Below are positions 26,001 through 39,952 of a stretch of DNA of 64,000 nt, piece after piece. The DNA lies in assembly GCA_030704615.1 (NCBI GenBank), contig CM060734.1:41044001-41108000 (forward strand), read 5' to 3'. The notes under the pieces were generated by a model, which did no database searches, was not told the DNA's origin, and saw only the letters and a program-made list of their open reading frames with translations. The DNA comes from Takakia lepidozioides. Its lineage: Eukaryota; Plantae; Bryophyta. Each line of letters begins with the position of its first letter. Position 1 is the stretch's first letter. The position numbers and the translations under genes are program-made.

Positions 26001-29000
26001 GGGAAATTATCTCTCATTGCCAGTGGCTTTTGGAGTCAAATTTGGTAGGTCCGATTACTCTTCAAACCTACAATACAGCTAAATGCAACTGAGCTCTGAT
26101 CGATCAAAGAAGACAACTCCGAAGGAAAGCAGGAGTAAATTGGTCTCTTCAGGGTGAGAAAATGTCTGCTTATTTTTTCCAAAAAACTAAGCAGCATCAA
26201 GCTTCTACATCCATCTACGGCCTTCGGGATGGGATGAATGTTCCACAAACTAACCCAAAAGCAATGGCAGGAGTGGCCGCAGAGTATTTTACCAATCTCT
26301 TCGATCGCCCTCCCGTTTCGGTGGATATTCTTGCCAGTAGGGTTCGAGTCCTGGATTCTGTCTCCTGGACAACCAAGTTGTAGCCTAGTGGTAATGGGCA
26401 CATACCACCTCAGAAGTGGTTGTGGGTTCAATCCACCCTTGGTGTCACAAAGGTGTCCACCTTCCTAGCGGAAGGCGGAAGGCAGTAACCCTTCGGGGTG
26501 AAGAGACACCATAATTTACGCTTCCTTCAGGAGGCGTCAAATATTAATATAAAACTATTATTCTGTCCCCTGCATCCTATCTCCTCAGGATAATATTAAG
26601 CTTAATGAGCCTTTCTCGGAGATGGAACTCATTACTAACTGCTACTTGGTTTACTGTGCACCCTGAAAAGGTATGGTTTGTTTGGCCAGTGGAAACTGGT
26701 GAAAGAGTTGCACTAATAAGTGGTTTTGTTGTCTGTCAGGATGGGAAAGAAGTATTTGGGGTGGGTGTTGCCCCTACCAAGAAAGAGTCAGAAAAAGTCG
26801 CTGCCATTGATGCATGCAAGCATTTGCAAGTAAGCTTGTCTCTTCCAAACGGGTGGTATACAGTCCAGGGAAGAGTATATAAATACATACCGGGGCCAGG
26901 CCATCTGCAGCTTCAATCTCAATGCCAAATAGCATCTTTGCAAGGCCAAACAAACTCTCTATCACTTTCGGAAGTGAGAAAAATGGCCGTAGTTCTTCCT
27001 GAAAAAAGTTAGCTGATGTGAGTGGAATGTACTGTCATTTGGAATACTGCTGCCTAGCTCATTTTTGGCATTGTAGTTCACATACTTGTCTTGTGATCTT
27101 CAATACGGCAACAGCAGTTGGCAACATCATTCCCCACTTTCATGGACCACTATACAGTTTCTTTCTCTCTATCAGGCCCAAGATCATGTTTTAGAAATTC
27201 CTTGGCCTTGGCAGAGGCCTTAAGCTCTGAGCACCCAGAGTGCATAGCAGCACCTGCACAATTCAATCTGTCTCCAAGCAAATTCTGGGATTTTTTATGC
27301 ACTCTATTAGTTATCTCTTGTTGTCACACTGGGACCTTGAAGCCTCCCAAGGATGAGGTAAATGTCCTGTCTTCTTTGCAGTAGCAATTTGCTTTCTATG
27401 ACATAAATGCCACAACTTGAATGAACGGGCTATACTATGTAACTCCATGGCCAATGGCAATGGCATGTGCAGGAGGTATGGTGATACCAGGCCAACTTTT
27501 GAACCCTCGGCTTAGTTGAATCCCAACGACGAGCTCTGGGACTAAGTCACTGACTATGAATCACTTAGCATAGTTGGAGATATCCACTGGTATATTTGGA
27601 AGCTTGCCTGATTGATACTAAATTTGGATTCCCGCAAACGCTCAGACCAGAACGTAACATCCCATTGCCGTATGTCATCTCCTTCAGGTGCACCCTGCTC
27701 CTTTGCAAAGGCCTTTAGCTCCTCCATATCTGTATGCCCACACCAGAGCAACTCACATTCCCATAATGCTTCCTGACAATCATGACATGATATAGACCCT
27801 ATGGGGGTTTGAGTTTAAAGCTGCATTGAAGGCAACCAGCACGGACGACATTGGAAGTACGCTTTCCCAAGTTTTGAGTATTGAGACCAAGACTATAGAC
27901 ATGCAAAACCTTTTCTGATACAATCCTTGGTTGCCTTTGTCATGCTGTATTCAATCAATCTATTTAGGTACCATCATTCTCTGTTGGTGTGTCTCCAATG
28001 ACTCGACCTGCACACGTTCAGATTTGACACAAAGGATGGAACATAGATGTGCCCTCCTCTTCTACACAAACTTATCCATCTTGACAATGAAAACCCTCCA
28101 GAGCCTCCGAGTCCAGATAATATGGTGGCAAACTCTCCAACCTCATGCAAGCACTCAAGTCAAGCCCCTGCAGCTCTATTAACCTTTCAATACTGGAGCT
28201 CAATTCCTCCAGATTAGTACAGCCCCACATAAACAGCCACCTCAGCTTTGCTAGTTGTCCAAAAGAGTCTGGTAACCTTTTACACTAGATTAGATCCAAG
28301 TAGGTTCAAATCCAGTGTTGAAGTCTAACTAGGATCTGTGCAAGTAAAAACATTTAGTGAAACTAGGGTTAGAACGTTAGAACCATGACAAACGATGTCC
28401 AAACTTTGACACAAGCGTCCTCTTCCTCTCTTCCAGCAGACATAATCCATACTATTATAGCAGAAAGGATACAGTACAATATGATACAGAAAAAGCATTA
28501 TCACCTCTGACAGCAGCATCCCAGGATTTAACCCGAAGCTGCTCAAGAAGCTCCTCTGCCCTTTCCAGGGTTGCCATCTTCTTGGCCATGCTCAACTGTT
28601 CCAACAGGCCAACCACTTCATTATCTTCACACCATTGGCATCAACTTCAAATTCACCAAAGTCCACACTTTCCAGAATAATGAGAGAATCTCTATCCATC
28701 TCTGAATCCATCTGTATAACAAGGACCCTCATCTGTAGTAGCACAAAACAAAGAACTACTCCAGCATGACACGAAGTTGAAGTTAGGGCAAAGGTTTTGT
28801 TGATTTGATTTTCTGTTGTTTTACTTGTTCCTTCTTTCTTGCTTTCTCTTGATACCCAGGCTGGACTGCAAACTCTGCAGTTCCGTTTTGAGTTTGTTGT
28901 GAGACAGAGTAAAGAAAATGAGAGGGCATTCTCTGATCAATGAACTTACCTCTGCATGATTCTCATATCCTAGAAGATTAGCTTTCTCCTGACGGAGTTC

Positions 29001-32000
29001 CAAGATGCGATTAATAAGGGGGGTGTTGTCCAATTCTCCACTTGAGGCTCGTGACAGATGTGCCCGGTAAACCTCCTCCCGTAGCACACGGTTGCGTGCA
29101 TGCTGTATGACTGACCTGAAGCTAGGTTCATCCAGTGTTATCAGCCATGGGCCATTTTCGGTGGTCGCGCCCTCGTGACCCTGATAGTCCCAGTGTATAG
29201 AACACCATCAGCTGAATCCCATTTGTCCCAGATCTTCCACCTAAACTACCAGCCACTTGGAATGTTTGGTTCAGAATGTCACAAAAACCAATGCCAAAGC
29301 CTTAAACCTTAGTAATGAGAGGTGTCAGAGCAAGTCTCTGTTATTTAGTATGAAGGACCTCAAATGGAGGCATTACCCTGTACAGTCTACAAGCAGATGA
29401 AGGCCGAAAAAGGAGCATCCTTGATAAAAGGGAAACACATATGATACGCCTCATACGATGCACATATATCCAGACAATGTGGCTTCATCAACTGAGGGTT
29501 CCTCCTTACTCCATACCTTTGAAGCTGCTGTTTGTGCTGCAAGACCAAGTGTTGTTGGAGGCAAGCCTTCAATCTCTTTTGGGTCCGTGATGAGCTTTTC
29601 ATAGTTCTTTGTTGCATCTAACACATTCTCACTGAACTTTCTGGACAGTTGCGACAACTCCTGCAAGAGTAAACAGCGAAGGTCTTAGTTGGAAAAATGT
29701 AATGAAGTTGAACTCCATTCCTTTCTGACTAGTTTCCTCCCTCTATGTCCTACAATAGAGTAAAGCCAGAATGCGACACTGAGCGATGGTGAGTATAGGT
29801 CTATCAGTTCTATCCTTTCCTCTCTTGTTCTGTATCTTCCATCCAACAGTTCTCCTACTTGACCACCAAATATATTCAAAGCTTCAGGGCACTACTTTAA
29901 CGCTGGTGGTTTTCAAGCCATAGTGTCCAACGAGACCCTACCTGCTTGATTTCATTGAAGCGTGTCTTTGCCTCCCCCTCTAACCCAACACCATTCAAAG
30001 TCGCATCCTTCAGCTCCACTGCAGTCAAACGATACTCAACAGCGAGGCTCTCCACTTCTAACAATGCTTCACAGAAAAATTGCAGAAGACTGAACTTTCA
30101 AATATCAATACATACCTCAATACCAAAAGCACTGATGCACAATTCGTAAACATGCCTACGTACAAAGGGATAGACCTGTTGGACATAGCAAAAGGAAGTG
30201 GGGACACATAAACTAGAAAAATAAAATCAAAATCAAAATGGATGAGCAGATGGGTTATATAACACATATATATACATAATCGGCGAAGGACCATTTTCCC
30301 CTACTTTAAAATGCCCTTTTAGTTGAACGAGAATAAATAAGGCCTCAAAGGAGATGGTGACCTTCCACAATGCGGTGCTGAGCCTCTGTCAAGGTAGCCC
30401 ACATAGGGCCCTCCTGAATTTTTCTGAATGCCTCAAAAATTGGTTTGCTCTGCCCCAGCCTCAGGTTGAATGCCACCTCTTCCGGCTGCAAGTGGTCCAT
30501 AATAAGAGTAATTAATTTCCTAAGTGTCTGACTGCAACATCTGCCAATGGCCACTGGGCATTATAATTGGAGGCCCAAAAAAGCACTGGCACAATGAATG
30601 CAAGGGGCAAGAAACAAGAACCAAACCAGAAACACAAAAGAGAGTCTGTTGACATGGATTGAGACAGGCAGATGGGCCTCCTTTACCTGAAGCAGAATGG
30701 TTTTCACCAGCTTGTCCAATGCAAGCAGTCACCATTTCTTTAACTCAGACACTCTACCTGAAATTCAATCTAGAAGTTTATAGAGTTACAAGGAAATAAA
30801 TTCAAAATAACCAACCGTACCTCCACTGCCTCAACAGCTTGTCGAAGTTCAGGAGAGTCTTTCACACCCTTGAGATGGTTGACAGAACCCCATGCTACCT
30901 GCAACCGGTCCTTTATCTTCTCCAAAGGTTCAACCAACCCTGCCCATGTAGGTTCTACCTTCTGCTCCAACTCTTCTAAGTCCTTTTCCTGTATATAATG
31001 GCCACAAATCCCCACCAGATGCAATATTTCCCATGTACACTGTCAGATTCACAGCGAAATAGGAGTCTACAGCAGCAGTGCTGGAATCACCATTTTGTCT
31101 TTCTAGCATGACAGAAAACACAATGGCTATACCAGTTCCTTCTTAAACTTTCTGTGTAAGTTATCAAGTTCCCAAATTGGGGTCTAGAGCAGCAGTGTTA
31201 GAATCAACATTATGTTTTGTAGCAGTATGGCTGTTCATTCAGCGTTCTGTGGACATTGTAAAGCTCCTGTCTTTCTCCCTCTGAAATGTACTCTGTCAGA
31301 TTAATGCCGAATTGGAGTCTTCAGCGGCAGTGTTGGAATAACCATTTTGTCTTTCCACCACGACGGAAAACACAATGTCTCTAGTCTCTACCAGCTACTT
31401 CTTAAACTTAATAAGTTATCAAGTTCCCAAATTGGGGTCTAGAGCAGCAGTGTTAGAATCAACATTATGTTTTGTAACAATATGGCTGTTCATTCAACCT
31501 TCTGTGGACAATGTAAAGCTCCTGTCTTTCTCCCTCTGAAATGTACTCTGTCAGATTAATGGCCGAATTAGGGTCTACAGCAGCAGTGTTGGACTCACCA
31601 TTTTGTCTTTCTAGCACGACAGAAAACACAATGGCTACACCAGCTCCTTCTTAAACTTTCTATGTAAGTTATCAAGCTCCCAAATTGGGATCTACAGCAG
31701 CAGTGTTACAATCAATATTTTGTTTTGTAGCAGTATGGATATACAAGCTCCTTCACTCAACCTTCTGTGGACATTGTAAGGCTCCTGTCTTTCTCCCTCT
31801 AATTCTTTCTTCTTCTTAACACGCAGGTGCAACCTTACTGCAGGAGAGTGCTCAAGCTTCCCAGCCACATCGAATAGACAGAAGCACCCAAAGCCTCCCC
31901 TCCTAATCAAAGAGCACAAGACAGACCTTGAGGGCTAACTACAACAATAAAGTGCAAGGGAAGGCTTTGGACTCTCTCTCTCTCTCTCTTTTGTTCACCC

Positions 32001-33876
32001 ACTCTCGGCACTAGACTGAAATTTAAACTCAGGGCGGGCAGCCTACCTTTGAACAGCAAACAGATGCCAGATGCAGACAGGAAAGGGGGATTGCAAATGC
32101 ACATTGTGTGTGGGTACTCTCGCCAGAGACACGCCCTCTTCAAATCCATCAAGGGATTTGTGCCTGTACCTCTGTTTATCAACTTTGAAAATCTCGAGGG
32201 TGAGCCAAAAGCCGAGGCACTTTTGGGGCCTAGTTACTGGGCAAATCACACACAGCAGATTGATGCTTTCTAGAGGATATCTGGAAAACTCGGATCAATT
32301 GTCTGTTCCAAGGTAAGTCATACTACCGGTCTCAGCCCCTGACAAAGGTAGTTTCTGTCCCTTTGCACAAAGCAGATGCACAGCGGAAAAGGAGATTGTG
32401 ATTGCTCAATGTGTGGGCAGCCTGAAGACAATATCCATTTTCAGATACATTGGCTCTTTACACACTTTGAAGTGCAGCTTAGTACGGCAACTATGAACAG
32501 CTTACATGGACATGAAAGTCAGGAAGAAAATATGTTTGCGAGACGGGCCGACTTAGTGTGCATCTGATTGCCACTAAGACCTAAAACTGGTTTCCAATAA
32601 GGATATGCAAAGGGAGGATGGAGGCAGATCGGGGGAGTTTGATGGTGCATAAATTAAGCTGTCTGATGTCTTTAGAAAGAGGTACACACAATATACTCTG
32701 TCTAGTGTTTCCTTGTCTAGCTTTAACATGCTCTGTAACACTCTTGGTACCAAGCATGACTTGGTTAGCATGTTTAGGGCCCACAGTTTCCGCTGACAGC
32801 GTAGGAGCTAAAATGGATACCAAGCCTTTAACACGAAAACTCGTTTTCACATTCCTAGGGCGTAGTTTCAGTAGTCTACTGTTCAGTAGTCTACTGTTCA
32901 GCACTCTAACATATTTACTTCTTCCACCTAGCCTCACCCTGTTACAGCCATTGCTTGCACCATCGCTTCCTACCCGCAACCACGGCTTGAATATGCACAA
33001 CATTTCGGATCAATGGCCAAAATTGGGCAAAAAGATTCCGGATTTAGGACAGATGACGTGTAGTCATGCACCTGCTGCAATGGGGGCACTTGGTTTAGGG
33101 CCCTGATGAACTGGCGTGCACTGTGGACTGCGCCACCTGCGGTCTAGCACGGGGCATCTCTCTCCTAGACGTGATAAATTTCTCTCATTCTCCTGTACCA
33201 GGTTAGACCAATCTGACAGGAAAAGACATCTACCAAACTGTAGCATGAATTCAAATCTTGATGAAGTAAACAGAGAGAAGAAGATAATGTCAAATTTTCC
33301 ACATAGGAGCTCGTTAAGAAATGTAGCCGAGGGAACTAGAAAAAAAAAAAAAAAACTACTAACCAAATCTTTAATAAGCGTGCTGATGCCAGGGATCACA
33401 TGTTTAGCTTCCACAGCATCAAATTGCGGGAAAGGACTGTCTTGCAGCAACGGATTCTCCAGGCGCTCATCCACTGCAGTAGCCATAGACCTAATTTCCC
33501 CGCGCCCACGCCTCTCTCTCCACGCCAACACCCCCCTCTTCACTATACCACCAGATGTAGGAAGCTCTGTATCCCTTTGAAAAAACAAACCCGATCCTTC
33601 ACCGCCACTTCCTATCTGTCTCGAAATACCACACCCTGCTACTGCACAGCTCCTTGTCCCCCTCCTGACCTCAACACTGCACTGCGATCTCAAGGCAGCA
33701 CGTCCTGCCCAGCTAAATACAGGATTGTAGCAGCAGACTGGGTAGCAGCGATTTGCAGAGACGAGATTCGGTAAAGGCGAGGTCCAGGCGGAAGATCCGA
33801 GACGATGGATTGAGACAGGAAGAGACAACAGCAGGGCTGCCATCACCCTCAGAGTTGCTACGCTCTGTCTCTCCAT
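20097..33876 (-). CDS. OOP: Oligopeptidase A, M3A zinc metallopeptidase (organellar oligopeptidase OOP/TOP-like) with N-terminal transit-peptide-like extension, 17 exons
   Basis: Exons (-): 33876-33364, 30988-30821, 30485-30362, 30018-29942, 29660-29517, 29180-28950, 28595-28505, 27729-27608 (GC donor), 26998-26891, 24892-24647, 24478-24333, 24005-23888, 23690-23531, 23352-23321, 21128-21063, 20695-20624, 20177-20097. Motifs [25 protein letters not shown] zinc site, [53 protein letters not shown]; no internal stops seen. Confidence 0.96.
21800..23130 (-). mobile_element. Degenerate non-LTR (RTE/RTEX-like) reverse transcriptase remnant in OOP intron 14
   Basis: [39 protein letters not shown] and [31 protein letters not shown] (decayed FADD region). 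Confidence 0.7.
25960..26390 (+). mobile_element. LINE ORF2 fragment (between endonuclease and RT) in OOP intron 9
   Basis: [50 protein letters not shown], typical L1-clade linker. Confidence 0.7.
26589..26829 (+). other. Two AG/GT-bounded antisense exon-like segments encoding the C-terminal half of a dsRBD-like fold, nested in OOP intron 9
   Basis: cag|26589-26670|gtatgg, a 69-nt intron, then cag|26740-26829|gtaagc, giving ...[41 protein letters not shown] (G-x-G-x(3)-TKKxxExxAAxxAxxxL). Confidence 0.6.
31041..31800. repeat. Three tandem copies of a ~254-bp unit in OOP intron 1
   Basis: Units start TGTCAGATT at ~31041, ~31294 and ~31549; each has two diverged sub-units sharing GTCTA(C/G)AGCAGCAGTG(C/T)T(G/A)GAATCA. 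Confidence 0.9.
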
Positions 33877-36800
33877 GGATCCCTCGCTCACCCGACCACT
33901 GCGCCCTGGTTAGTGCGATTACATACCAGCCGTCGATGTCCCTAACTATGGCTTACGTCCGCTGGTTACTTGACTGCCTGAATTCAAAATTATTAGGGTA
34001 TGTAAATATGCTATACTCAGGGGAAAATGACTACCTATATGAGACTGGACTCAAGCTCTGGGTTTTCTTCTTCTACACTCTTTGGGGCTCTTTGTCTCTT
34101 TCTCTTTTTTTCCACTCTTCTTTTTCTCGACATTCAAAATGGCAAATCTATTCTGCTACTTGACGGGTGTGGTATACTCTTCTCCCCCTTCCCTGGGTGG
34201 TGTCCATTCCTACGCCTTCATGGCGCGGTTACTGTGAAAGAGACGATCTATGAAGAAATGTCCATTATGGGGTTGCCTACGGGCTCATGCTCTCCGGCAT
34301 ATTAGGAAAGCCATATGCAAATTACGATATGAGGGTAAGCCCCCCAGTTTTAGCGGAGTGACATTCGGTTTAGGTTTGGATTTGAGAACTGAGGGGAAGA
34401 AGGGACGGCAGGTTACGTACAACTCTTCCTCGAGCTTCTAAAGGTAGGCGAGCGCAGCTTTTTAGGAGCTTTAATCTCTCTGAAATGATCACAACAATGT
34501 TCTTGGCACCCATACTTTTAAACTCGGTTGTTTAATGGAAAGATTTTCTCCCAACGCACTCGTCTTTCGCCGATGAAGGGTGAAGGGTGGTGATGGCAAG
34601 GCATTGTGGGGGGGGCTAGGGATCATACGCTTAGAAAGCAGCTAAAATTTTGAGATTCCAGTTTTGAGCTCTTGGCTTTGTAGTTCCGCTCTGCGTTGCC
34701 GTGACTTGCTTCAATGTTATGTCTTCTTGCTGCTTACCTCCTTTTATCGTGGCTTCGTTCTTTTCCTAGTTTTTCTCTAATGTTTTTTTTTTTTGTTTTC
34801 TTAAATGAAAAAAAGAGAGATTCATATTGGGTGTGATGAGAACAATGTTTTCGTCAATTGTATTACTTTTTCATTTCAAGTATCTTTACTGCTCATGCCT
34901 TTAGGCAGAGACTACGCAATGGTTTCTCGTTGCTTGTCTCCAAACCAACTTTTCACGGCACCAACTCATATCGTAAATTTTTGTCATATATTTGTCCAAA
35001 ACTATTCAAAACATTCAATCCCAATTAAAAAATATATATTATTAGATTGTTTCATATGCAGTATGTTGCCATGACAAGAAGCTTGCATTTGGAGACCTAG
35101 TTTTGAGATTCAATGTCGAGAAGCATTTTAGCACGATGGTTGAGGAGTGGTATTAATTATATAACCTCTATCCTCTCTCGCTTGACCTTAGAAGGGTATT
35201 GTGGTAGAACAAACACCTTCAATCAACCTCACTAACTCTAGTGTTTGGAATGTCTACTGGCAGATAACACCTTCTCATCCAGCTCTGAAAACTTCGCAAT
35301 AGGCCGGTGCTTACTCTACTCCTAGTTATGCATACTGAATTTTGGGACATTGTGAAAAGATTCATTTACGCCGCAGCCTACACAGACTAGACAACACTTC
35401 AAAAGCTGAAATTACAGCTATGCATGTAAAACTAAAGTCTATGACATAATCATCTAGATAATATAGTACATGTTTGAAGGGGGATTGAAGGGCCTCACAA
35501 CTTAGCTCCAAGGACCCGCTGCAAGAATACACGTGCTTTCATGCAATCATGATTTCCTCAAGTTCAATTTCAATGTGGCTTAGACTTTAAAGATCCCATG
35601 TCGTTTTTCCTCGTTGATGTTTGTGACTTGTTCCACAATCTCTCCAATCTCTCAAGTTTGCAATTTTTCTTCCTCAACAATTGCAATTCTTTGTTGATGA
35701 AATTGTCATGAAGCATGGGATTTTCAGGGACATATGAAGTTGGGAGTTCTACAACCAATTATTATTGTGATTTATGTTTTGGAGTGATCCATCCTACAAT
35801 ACAACATTATAAGCTGCCCCACTGCAGCACCAAAACGATGCAATAAGATATTGTGCCGAATGTTGGAGTAAGTGGAAGATTGTTGAAGGATTCATATATA
35901 TATTCTACATCCTATCATATTTTCTTACATGAGAGAGAGTGTGCATCCTAGCACTCAACATAGCCTGCTTAAATTATTGTAAGTCACAAAATGTGTATCA
36001 GCATTGTATTATATTGTGGTAGCTAGCTGAAGCCCGATCTTGTAGATTGGTCTAGCTTTTTTTATGGTCATTTTGTTCCTCATGTATAGATTACATGTTG
36101 TCGTGGATTAAACGTTATTCAAATATGGTTACAGTGTCTCATCTTGTTAACATTTGTAGAGTATCGTTCTTATACATTGGCTCGTCATTGCTAGTCTCTC
36201 TCCCGTTGTGATCGGTCGTTATGATCTTCTTATAGGAGATGAACATTACTGATCTAGTTCATCTAATTTCCTAGTTCCGCTACAGGTCGCGCTTCATTGT
36301 TTAATACAGTTGATGGCTCTATTACTCTTGCGCAATGCACATATGGCTGGTACGCGCAACAAAGAAACAAAGCAGCAAGAGGCATATTGCTCTCAATATG
36401 AACACCAACCATGTGTCCTCGTCCACAGCCATGTGGGCATGGCGCAATAGAAGGAGTGCCAACAACTGCATTCACTATGGTCACTAGATCATTTGACTAC
36501 ATACCAAAACCATACATACATTCCTGGTAAAAGGCAGTATGTTCTACTTATCAGCTCTAACATTTCATGCGCAACATCACATTTGTCCTTGCATTGGCGC
36601 TCGAAGCTATCCTCGTGTGACGGGTGGGAGCTATCAGGTATGTCGATTTCATGCGCGGACGAGGGCGGGCGGTGGTGGCATTGTAGCTCGCGCTAGTGGC
36701 ACTGCAGGTCGAGGAGCTTGCGCTACAGGTCGCCGTAACGGCGCAGGTCGCGGTGCTGTATGTCGCGGTGCATATGGTTGTAGGCACACCTCACAAGCTA

Positions 36801-37188
36801 AATTGCCCTGGTCCTCTCTTAGGCCCCGGCCGCACCAAGTGTTTGTCGTGCACCTAAGCATCGTGCCACAACATACATCGATGTCCAACCACACTTCCTA
36901 GCATATAGTCCTAGAAAGCCACGCCACAATCGCCCCCCTAGCTGGTGATTAGGTCCCTCTAACATCGGATAGCTTGCAAGTATCCACCCCAATAAGATCA
37001 TCGTTTGGTCTTCGATCGCACAAGTCCCGATACCTGAAGTCGATAGATCAAGAGGTCAGGTGCAAACGTAGCCCCATCGTTAGTCGCCTTCATACAATCC
37101 ATGATCTTCAGTTGAGTATCCATGGCATTGAAGCCCCACTAGCTAGACCTTGGATCACTTGTCTGCCTCACCGTTGTCATGCCCACTA

Positions 37189-37704
<516 letters not shown>

Positions 37705-39829
37705 TTATGTCCACACATCCGGATCATCAAGGTTGAGAACTATTGCAGCCTCCCTGCGAATAGACGCAGGCAAATCCGGCTCTCGGCCGAAGAGAAGAAA
37801 GTAAGGTGAGAATGAGGCAAGTGAAGTTTGTTTGCTGAAACTATAGCCCATAGCTAGCCAAGGCAGCTGAAGGTCCCAATCTCCTAGGTGTCCCTTCTGC
37901 AAACCATACTTGCGCAAACCTCTCTTGACTGTCTGAACAACTCTCTCCGCCAAGCCATCAGCCTCGGGATGATCCCGAGAAGTAGTGCGGTGATCTATCA
38001 AGGCTTGCTCACACAAAGCCTGAAACTCCCCCAAGAACTCTCTCCCCTGGTCCGTGAGCACCTTGGCTGGAGCACCAAAATGGCTAAGCACTCGATCTAA
38101 GAATGTATACGCAGCCCCCTCACTTGCCTTGTCAGGCAATGCCACCAGTTTAATCCATTTGGAGAAGTGTTCCACCATCACCAGCACATACTTGTTATGG
38201 CGAATCATCAATGACAATGGGCATGCGAAGTCAAAACTCCAACGATAGCCCAAACCCATAATGGGTAAATGATGCAATTATGGAGTAGGGGCGTTGAAAG
38301 AAGCCCGCACTCTATCATACACCATGCACCTTGCCACTAACTGTTGCACATCCGTGTGCATGCCCCGCCACCAATACTGCCCTTGCAGCAAACTATAAGT
38401 GCGCTGCACCCCAAAATGTCCCAACTCCTCATGGGCATGGCGTACCAATCGCGCTCGTTGTGTTGAATAAGGCACAATCCTCACTCATCCATCCTCCCAT
38501 ACCCGGAGTAGATGAGTCCCATCCCATTTGAACCTCTTGCCTCGTTGTAGGACCCAATCTCTCCCCTTAGCAATCACACTGGCTGCTGTCTCTCCGGTAC
38601 GAAGGTGTGTCAACATTGCTGCATCTTCATGCACATCCTTAGCACCACCAAACTCCTCACTGGTCTCTGGATCATCATGCACGCTTTCTACTTGACCAAT
38701 CACATGGGATGGACCAGCTTGAGCTCCCATTGCTATAACAAAAAAAAACCGATGCATGTCATCATGGCACCATCTCCTCATCCGTCTCACCATGCCACCG
38801 AGCTCCAGTATCATCATGCTCGCTCATGCATGGATTACGACTCAATCCATCTGCATCCCGATTGACAATATCGGCTCGATGCACCACCTGAAAGTCCTAC
38901 TCTTGAAGCATAAGTGCCCACCGTGCAAGCTTCCATGTAAGCTTGTCTGACTCCATCAACCACTTCAATGGTTGGTGATCCGTGACAAGGGTGAAGAGAT
39001 TGTCATAGAGGTAGCATCTGAAATGTGCCACTGCCCATACCGCAGCTAGACACTCCCCTTCATAGGAACTATACTTCGCATCGGTATCATTGTTCGAGCG
39101 GCTAGCATATGCCACTACGAACTATCTTCTCTCATCATCCACTTGTGTGAGCACTGCCTCAATCTCCAGCATATTCCTATCCGTATATAGCTAGAAAGGC
39201 CGCCCCCGAATAGGCCGCCTCAGAATAGGTGCAGAAGTCAATCGAGCCTTGAGTTCCTCAAAGGCTTCCTTCTGCTCATCCTCCCACCACTCCTGACCCA
39301 CCTTGGTCAACTTGGTAAGAGCCTTTGCAATGCTGCTAAATCCCTTGACAAACCGTCGATAGTAGTTTGCCAATCCCATGAAAGCACGAACTCTGCTCAC
39401 ATCCATGGGGCGTGGAATGCATGCAATGGCCTCCACTTTTGTCTGTTGAACACCCAATTCTCCAGGGTATATCATGTGGCCCAGATACTCAATCTGATTG
39501 TGGAAGAACTTGTACTTTCCGGGGTGCAGTTTCAACCCGTGCGCTCTCAAGCGCTCAAACACCACCTGAAGGTATCTCTCATGCTCCTCAACCGTAGCAC
39601 TAAAGACGATGATGTCATCAATGTAGCACCGGGCGAAGTCTAGCCCCGCGAAAATCCTATCCATGACCTTCTGAAACTCAATTTGCATCGAGTAACAAGC
39701 GAGTGTGTGCACTAAGCATGGCAGGAGGCCTGTCCATTGATGAGTGAGGGGAGTTCACTGACATCACCTGGACCTCCTGAATTAGCTCCTTTGGACACAG
39801 TGCCCATTACCTAGCAACCACCTGACTCA

Positions 39830-39952
39830 GGAATTTGTTTGCTAGACCTGTTTGGAGGCATGAGCACTGGGCTTGCAGGAGTATTGCAAGCAGGGATTAA
39901 AGTACGCAAGTACTTGTATGTGGAAAAGGATGAGATAGCTCGGCGTATCGCG
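39830..39952 (+). pseudogene. C5 cytosine DNA methyltransferase N-terminal motifs I-II (DNMT3-like) inside the Gypsy polyprotein; catalytic part deleted
   Basis: GICLLDLFGGMSTGLAGVLQAGIKVRKYLYVEKDEIARRI resembles DNMT3-type [35 protein letters not shown] (SAM-binding motif I plus motif II Glu). No PC motif IV follows. Confidence 0.8.

Noticed and set aside
31810-32560. Possible RTE-like LINE 3' remnants ([15 protein letters not shown]; [13 protein letters not shown])
   Set aside because: Too short and decayed to give boundaries.
32574-33106. Overlapping 140-162 aa ORFs on both strands
   Set aside because: Inside OOP intron 1, low complexity, no recognisable domain.
35100-36250. Candidate 3' LTR of the DNMT-Gypsy
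   Set aside because: No sequence match found by eye to the 47-48 kb region and no clear PPT or TG..CA pair.
39830-39952. Functional DNA methyltransferase gene in this copy
   Set aside because: Only motifs I-II survive, the catalytic PC/ENV motifs are absent and there are upstream in-frame stops; reported as a remnant.
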